Positions 58,802 through 64,000 of a DNA stretch of 64,000 nt are shown one piece after another. Source of the stretch: an uncultured Acidobacteriota bacterium (GTDB lineage: Bacteria > Acidobacteriota > Vicinamibacteria > Fen-336); contig OY970399.1 of the NCBI GenBank assembly GCA_963720545.1, forward strand, positions 1,824,001 to 1,888,000, read 5' to 3'. The position numbers were made by a program, and so were the translations under genes. Numbering within the stretch: position 1 is the first letter of the stretch; every line of letters starts with the position of its first letter. The notes below the pieces were generated by a model. The model saw only the letters and a list, made by a program, of their open reading frames with translations. It was not told where the DNA came from and did no database searches.

Positions 58802-60502
58802 TTGCCAACGATCCGTTTCGGCGCTGCCACTGCCATTGCAGCCACGCTCGCGATGCCGGCGGCGCTTCTCGCCGCCGCGCAGCCGGTGCGCCAGAAAGAG
58901 TCGATGGTGGTGTCGGCGAACCAGCTTGCCTCGAACGCGGGTGCGTTGATGCTGGCCGCGGGCGGCACGGCCGTGGACGCGGCGGTTGCCACCGCGTTCG
59001 CGCTCGCCGTCACTCACCCGACCGCGGGCAACATCGGCGGCGGTGGTTTCCTCCTCTATCGGCCAGCGAAGGGTGAGCCCGTTGCATACGACTTCCGCGA
59101 AGTCGGGCCGTCGGGCTCGAACCCGACGATGTTCCTGAAGAACGGCAAGTACGACGAGCAGGCGCACCACGAGAGCCATCTCGCGGTCGGCGTGCCGGGC
59201 ACGGTCGCCGGCCTGCACATGGCCTGGAAGGAGCAGGGCCGGCTGCCGTGGAAGGACCTGCTGCAGCCCGCGATCACGCTCGCCCGCGACGGCTTCACCG
59301 TGACCGACGGCCTGGCGCGGTCGCTGAAGTACGTGCTGCCGGAGATGAAGAAGTATCCGGCGTCGGTTGCGCAGTTCTCGAAGGCCGGCGTGCCCTACGA
59401 GATGGGCGAGACGCTGCGCCAGCCCGACCTCGCGAAAACACTCACGCTCATCGCCGCGAAGGGCCCGGCCGGCTTCTACGAGGGTGAGACGGCGCGGCTC
59501 ATCGCGGCGGAGATGGCGGCGCACGGCGGGCTCATCACCACGGCGGACCTCAAGGCGTACCAGGCGAAGAAGCGCGTGCCGGTGCGCGGCACCTACCGCG
59601 GCTACGACATCATCGGCATGCCGCCGATCAGCTCCGGCGGCACGGCGCTCATCGAGATGCTCAACATCCTCGAGGGCCATGATCTCGCCGCGCAGGGCTT
59701 CGGCTCCGCGGCCAACGTCCACGTGATCGTCGAATCGATGCGGCGGGCGTTCGCCGATCGCGCCCGCTACCTGGGCGACCCCGACTTCGACGTCAACAAG
59801 GCGATGCCGATCGACCGTCTGCTGTCCAAGGACTACGCGAAGGGCCGCGGCGCCTCGATCGTCGCGGGCAGGGCTTCGGTGTCGGCGCCGTCGAGCTTCG
59901 CCTGGCCCGGAGAAAGCAACGAGACGACGCACTTCTCGGTGGTGGACAAGGAGCGCAACGCCGTCGCCATGACCTACACGCTCGAGGACAACTACGGCGT
60001 CAAGATCGTGGTGCCCGGCGGCGGCTTCCTCCTCAACAACGAGATGGGCGACTTCAACGCCGGCCCGGGGCTCACCGACAAGGACGGCCTGATCGGCACC
60101 GAGCCCAACCTGGCGCAGCCGCGCAAGCGCATGCTGTCGAGCATGACGCCGACGATCGTCGCCCGCGACGGCAAGCTGGTCATGGCGCTCGGCAGCCCGG
60201 GCGGACGCACCATCATCAACACGGTGTTGTTGTGCGTCCTCAACGTCATCGACTTCGGCATGAACATCCAGGAGGCGATCGACGCGCCGCGCTTCCACCA
60301 CCAGTGGCTGCCCGACCGCATCTCGTACGAGAAGCACGGCCTCTCGCCCGACACGCTCGCGCTGCTGCGCTCGTTCGGCCATGCGCTCAAGGAGAACGAA
60401 GGGCAGGGCGTCGCCGAAGGCATCTTCTACAACGCCAAGGACGACCTGCTCGAAGGCGGGTTCGACCGGCGCACGCTCGACGGCGGCGTCGCGGGGCGGT
60501 AA
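58802..60502 (+). CDS. ggt: gamma-glutamyltransferase
   Basis: GNIGGGGF, YDFRE, GVPGTVAG, ETTHFSV, LNNEMGDF, RMLSSMTPT, GSPGG, PRFHHQW. Start uncertain (TTG 58802). Confidence 0.93.
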   Translation: MPTIRFGAATAIAATLAMPAALLAAAQPVRQKESMVVSANQLASNAGALMLAAGGTAVDAAVATAFALAVTHPTAGNIGGGGFLLYRPAKGEPVAYDFREVGPSGSNPTMFLKNGKYDEQAHHESHLAVGVPGTVAGLHMAWKEQGRLPWKDLLQPAITLARDGFTVTDGLARSLKYVLPEMKKYPASVAQFSKAGVPYEMGETLRQPDLAKTLTLIAAKGPAGFYEGETARLIAAEMAAHGGLITTADLKAYQAKKRVPVRGTYRGYDIIGMPPISSGGTALIEMLNILEGHDLAAQGFGSAANVHVIVESMRRAFADRARYLGDPDFDVNKAMPIDRLLSKDYAKGRGASIVAGRASVSAPSSFAWPGESNETTHFSVVDKERNAVAMTYTLEDNYGVKIVVPGGGFLLNNEMGDFNAGPGLTDKDGLIGTEPNLAQPRKRMLSSMTPTIVARDGKLVMALGSPGGRTIINTVLLCVLNVIDFGMNIQEAIDAPRFHHQWLPDRISYEKHGLSPDTLALLRSFGHALKENEGQGVAEGIFYNAKDDLLEGGFDRRTLDGGVAGR

Positions 60503-60523
60503 TCGGGCAGAGTTCGTGCGACC

Positions 60524-61600
60524 ATGCCGGCAATGGCACCGGCGATCGCCGCTTGCGTCGCGCTCCTGCTCGCTGCCGCGCCCGCGTCTGCGTTCACGAT
60601 CGACGTGCCGAGCAAGAAGACGCGGGGCGACACGCGCCGCAACCCGCTGCGCGTCGAGTTCGCGGCCGGCGAGACGACCGCCGTCGTGAGGGGCGAAGTC
60701 CAGGGCGACGGCAGCACCTACTACGCCCTGCACGCGAACGAAGGCCGCCAGCTGAGCGTTGCCCTCACCGCCGACGACCCGTCGCTGGTGCTCGACGTCT
60801 ATGACGACGCCTCGCTGGAGTTGCCGAGCGGCAAGCACCAGACCGCGCAGCAGCCGCGCGACGTCCGCCAGTGGTCGGGAACCCTGGACAAGCCGGCGGA
60901 GTACATCATCCAGGTGCACCTCAGCGGCGAGCGCGCCGGACGCAAGGCGGGCTACTCGCTGCGCATTTCCCTCACCGGCCGCGACGAGCACGCGAAGCTC
61001 GCCGGCGAGGCCCGGACCGTCGCCTACTCGTGCGTCAAGGGCAAAGAGCTGAGCGTGCAGTTCGTGCCGGGCGCGGCGCCGATGGCGAACGTGGCGTTCG
61101 AGGGCAAGACGTTCGCGCTGCCGCTGGTCCCTGGTGCCAGCGGCAGCCAGTACGCGCAGGACACCACCATTTTCTGGGCGAAGGACGACGAGGCGACGTT
61201 CGAGTCGCCGGACTGGAACGGCACATGCCTGGTCAAGGTAGCCGCGGGCAGCGCCGACCTCACGACCAGCGACTGGGACCTCGACGGGCTGTCGCACCAG
61301 CGCAAGACGCTGCCGGTGCCGCACAACGCAAAGGTGAACGCCACGTTCAGGGACGGCACGCTCAGCGGCACGGGAGGCTGCAACCGCTACTCCGCGAGCT
61401 ACACCGTGACCGGCGGCGCCATCGAGATCGGACCGGTGCGCTCGACACGCACGCTGTGCAACGACATCGACTTCGAGACGGCGTTCTTCGAGGCGCTCGG
61501 CAAGGTGGACAAGTTCTCCGTGGGCAAGAGCGGCCTGCTGCTTTCCGGCCCGGAGACGACGCTGCGATTCGTCGCGCGGGCCAGGGCGCAGAAGAAGTAG
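60524..61600 (+). CDS. exported multidomain protein: PPC-like + MliC-like + META domains
   Basis: Signal peptide; YSC...PGASGSQY...FWAK...TC (MliC-like); SGTGGCNRY...STRTLC (META). Confidence 0.75.
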   Translation: MPAMAPAIAACVALLLAAAPASAFTIDVPSKKTRGDTRRNPLRVEFAAGETTAVVRGEVQGDGSTYYALHANEGRQLSVALTADDPSLVLDVYDDASLELPSGKHQTAQQPRDVRQWSGTLDKPAEYIIQVHLSGERAGRKAGYSLRISLTGRDEHAKLAGEARTVAYSCVKGKELSVQFVPGAAPMANVAFEGKTFALPLVPGASGSQYAQDTTIFWAKDDEATFESPDWNGTCLVKVAAGSADLTTSDWDLDGLSHQRKTLPVPHNAKVNATFRDGTLSGTGGCNRYSASYTVTGGAIEIGPVRSTRTLCNDIDFETAFFEALGKVDKFSVGKSGLLLSGPETTLRFVARARAQKK

Positions 61601-61614
61601 CGCGCCTTGACGCC

Positions 61615-62481
61615 ATGACGATGACCGCGTTGCTGCTGGCGGCAGCAATCGAAGCGTCGGGGCCGCTGCAGGGCGCGCAGTACGAGGTCGCCCGGCTGGC
61701 CGAAGCCGCGAACGGCGAGATCTCGGTGGCGGCCGTGTCGCTCGATGGCAACGCCTCGCTCTCGATCGACGCCGACAAGGTGTACCACGCAGCCAGCACC
61801 ATGAAGGTGCCGGTGATGATCGAGCTGTTCCGCCAGGCGCAGTCGCGGCAGCTGAGCCTCGACGACGCCGTGATGGTGCGCAACCAGTTTCGCAGCATCG
61901 TCGACGGCAGCCCCTACGCTCTCGATCCAGGCGACGATTCGGACGACGCGACCTACCTCAAGGTCGGCACGCGCGTATCGCTGCGCGAGCTGTGCGAGTC
62001 GATGATCACGCTCAGCAGCAACCTCGCGACCAACGTGCTCATCGAGCGACTGGGAATCGGCAGCATCCGTGACGGCGTCGAGCGCCTTGATGCCGGCGGC
62101 ATGCAGGTGGTGCGCGGCCTCGAAGACGGCAAGGCGTTCGCCGCCGGCAGGGTCAACTCGACGAGCGCTCGCGGCCTGGCGCAGCTGCTGCTGGCGCTCG
62201 GCCGGCACCGGGCGGTGAGCGAGGCGGCGGACACCGAGATGCTCGCGATGCTCGCGCGCCAGCGCTGGAACGACGCGATTCCAGCGGGCCTGCCGGCGGG
62301 CACGCCGGTCGCACACAAGACCGGCTGGATCACGCGCATCCACCACGATGCTGCGATCGTCTACGGCATGCGGCCGTTCGTGCTGGTGATCCTGACCCGC
62401 GGCATCGACGATGACCGCAAGAGCGCGGCGCTCATGGCCGAAGTCGCGAAAGTCGTCTACCAGCGCCTCGAAGCGCCGTAA
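61615..62481 (+). CDS. class A beta-lactamase-related serine hydrolase
   Basis: ASTMK, SSN, HKTG, HDAAIV. Confidence 0.88.
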   Translation: MTMTALLLAAAIEASGPLQGAQYEVARLAEAANGEISVAAVSLDGNASLSIDADKVYHAASTMKVPVMIELFRQAQSRQLSLDDAVMVRNQFRSIVDGSPYALDPGDDSDDATYLKVGTRVSLRELCESMITLSSNLATNVLIERLGIGSIRDGVERLDAGGMQVVRGLEDGKAFAAGRVNSTSARGLAQLLLALGRHRAVSEAADTEMLAMLARQRWNDAIPAGLPAGTPVAHKTGWITRIHHDAAIVYGMRPFVLVILTRGIDDDRKSAALMAEVAKVVYQRLEAP

Positions 62482-62511
62482 CATGGGCGCGCCGCCCCCT
62501 GAAGAGCACGA

Positions 62512-63720
62512 ATGAGCGACTTCCACCAGTTCGGTCCGGTCACGGCGCTGCCGCGCCTCGTCAGCCGCCCCATCGAGGACCTCGAGGCGCGCGTCAAAGT
62601 CTACAGCGGCCGCTATCCGGTGGCGCTCGTCATCCCGATCATTCCCGAGGAGATGGATCGCCCCGCGCTCGCGCGCATCGTCGACGAGCTGTCGCGGGTC
62701 ACGTACCTCGACACACTCCTGGTGTCGCTCAACAAAGCGAGCGCCGACGACTGCCGGCGCGCCGTCGAGTTCTTCAAGCCGTACTCCGGCCGCTCGGTCA
62801 TCCTGTGGAACGAGTCGCCGGCGGTCCAGGACGTCGTCGACCACATGAGCAGCGCCGGGCTCTACACCGGCGAGCCCGGCAAGGGCCGCGCCTGCTGGCT
62901 CGCGATGGGCTTCATCCTCGCGGAGGAGCGCGTCGAGTACATCGCCTTCCAGGACGGCGACGTGGTGAACTTCTCGCGCGAGATGCTCGCCCGCCTGGTG
63001 CTGCCGGCGCTCGACCCCACCATCGACTTCGACTTCGTGAAGGGCTACTACGCGCGCATTTCCGACCGGCTGAACGGCCGGGTGACGCGCCTGATGCTGG
63101 CGCCGCTCCTGACCGCGTTCACGCGCCTCATCGGCGACGATCCCTACATCCGCTACCTGTCGGCGTTTCGTTACGCGCTCTCGGGCGAGTTCGTGGTCAA
63201 GGTCGACCTGGCCGAGCGCATGCGGCTGCCCTGCGACTGGGGCCTCGAGATCGTCACGCTGTTCGAGGCGCTGCGCCACCGGGCTCCGGTGCGCGTCTGC
63301 CAGGTGGAGCTGGCCGAGAGCTACGACCACAAGCACCAGGGCGTGTCCGCGGACGATCCTTCGACCGGGCTCAACCGCATGGCCCGGGACATCGTCAAGC
63401 ACCTGCTGCGCACGCTCGCGGCCGCCGGCGTCAACCTGCACGACGGCCTGCTGCGCAGCCTGCTCGCCGCCTACCAGCGCGAGGCCGAGGATGCTGTGGG
63501 CGACAGCTATGCCGTGGCCCTCATCAACGGCCTGCGCTTCGACCGCCACGAGGAAGAGCAGTCGGTGCAGGTGTTCGTCCAGTCGCTGCGCTCGTCGATC
63601 GAGGAGTTCCTGGCCGATCCGCTGGGCGCGCCGCTCGTCCCCAACTGGGCGCGGGTCTGGGCGGGCATCCCGGATGCCGGCAACCGGCTGCTGGCTGCAG
63701 TAAAGCGCGACGCCATTTAG
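62512..63720 (+). CDS. glycosyltransferase, glucosyl-3-phosphoglycerate synthase-like
   Basis: GKGRACW, DGD, FVKGYYAR, GRVTRL, YALSGEF, DWGLEI, YDHKHQ. Confidence 0.8.
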   Translation: MSDFHQFGPVTALPRLVSRPIEDLEARVKVYSGRYPVALVIPIIPEEMDRPALARIVDELSRVTYLDTLLVSLNKASADDCRRAVEFFKPYSGRSVILWNESPAVQDVVDHMSSAGLYTGEPGKGRACWLAMGFILAEERVEYIAFQDGDVVNFSREMLARLVLPALDPTIDFDFVKGYYARISDRLNGRVTRLMLAPLLTAFTRLIGDDPYIRYLSAFRYALSGEFVVKVDLAERMRLPCDWGLEIVTLFEALRHRAPVRVCQVELAESYDHKHQGVSADDPSTGLNRMARDIVKHLLRTLAAAGVNLHDGLLRSLLAAYQREAEDAVGDSYAVALINGLRFDRHEEEQSVQVFVQSLRSSIEEFLADPLGAPLVPNWARVWAGIPDAGNRLLAAVKRDAI

Positions 63721-63732
63721 ACTCCTGGGGAC

Positions 63733-64000
63733 GTGGCCGTCACCCTCGATTTCAAGGACCATCGCCGTGAGCTCGACCGCAACGCCTACGTCTACGCGGT
63801 GGTGTCGCGGCGCGCCCGGGGCCTGTCGATCGGCGTCAACCTCAATCCCGACAAGGTGTGCAACTTCGACTGCCCCTACTGCCAGGTGGACCGCACCGTC
63901 CCGGGAAGCGACGCGCCCATCGACCTCGACCGGCTCGATGCCGAATTGGACGCGCTGCTTGGCCGGGCCGCGACACCGTCTTTCTGGAGCGAGCCGCCGT
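63733..64000 (+). CDS. radical SAM protein (5' part only)
   Basis: Not in the ORF track; read by hand from GTG: MAVTLDFKDHRRE...YAVVSRRARGLSIGVNLNPDKVCNFDCPYCQV (CxxxCxxC). Confidence 0.88.
   Translation, partial: MAVTLDFKDHRRELDRNAYVYAVVSRRARGLSIGVNLNPDKVCNFDCPYCQVDRTVPGSDAPIDLDRLDAELDALLGRAATPSFWSEPP

Noticed and set aside
19214..60502. Apparent fusion proteins in the ORF track (long N-termini on the racemase, asparaginase, amidohydrolase, M20, APC, cyanophycinase and GGT)
   Set aside because: The extensions are out-of-frame reads of the upstream gene; real starts sit at or near ATGA/GTGA overlaps, followed by signal peptides or family N-termini.
61615..62481. Antibiotic-resistance beta-lactamase (also considered for 22984-24120 and 55519-57204)
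   Set aside because: SSN instead of SDN and the omega-loop ExxLN is not matched (VRGLEDGK); the other two are generic S12 hydrolases in a catabolic context.
1..64000. tRNA, rRNA, CRISPR, prophage, defence or toxin-antitoxin genes
   Set aside because: None recognisable by eye; intergenic gaps are short. A covariance-model search was not run.

Overview
Very GC-rich, gene-dense bacterial chromosome segment with about 49 real CDS. Most long ORFs in the six-frame track are GC-rich shadow frames or 5'-extended versions of real genes. The Oar-like TonB-dependent receptor and the many exported peptidases resemble Acidobacteriota (inference only). No rRNA, tRNA, CRISPR array, transposase or integrase was seen. 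1-18 kb is mixed: CPA1 antiporter, esterase, Rieske-flavoprotein fusion, GMC oxidoreductase pair, mprF plus an AcvB/VirJ-like hydrolase, and a divergent short Rho. It also holds a two-gene module in which a secreted double-glycine, hydrophobic-tailed small protein (PA2779-like) precedes a C39 peptidase-TPR-POTRA-Omp85 barrel fusion. About 18-60.5 kb is one large catabolic locus: TonB receptor, more than ten mostly exported amide/peptide hydrolases, Asp/Glu racemase, two APC permeases, three aminotransferases, a beta-oxidation module lacking acyl-CoA dehydrogenase, and an IclR regulator. Four copies of a 26-bp operator-like element lie at its promoters. Several single-base frameshifts between 31 and 42 kb look like consensus errors. 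The window ends with a MliC/META fusion, a class A-like serine hydrolase, a GpgS-like glycosyltransferase and a partial radical SAM gene.
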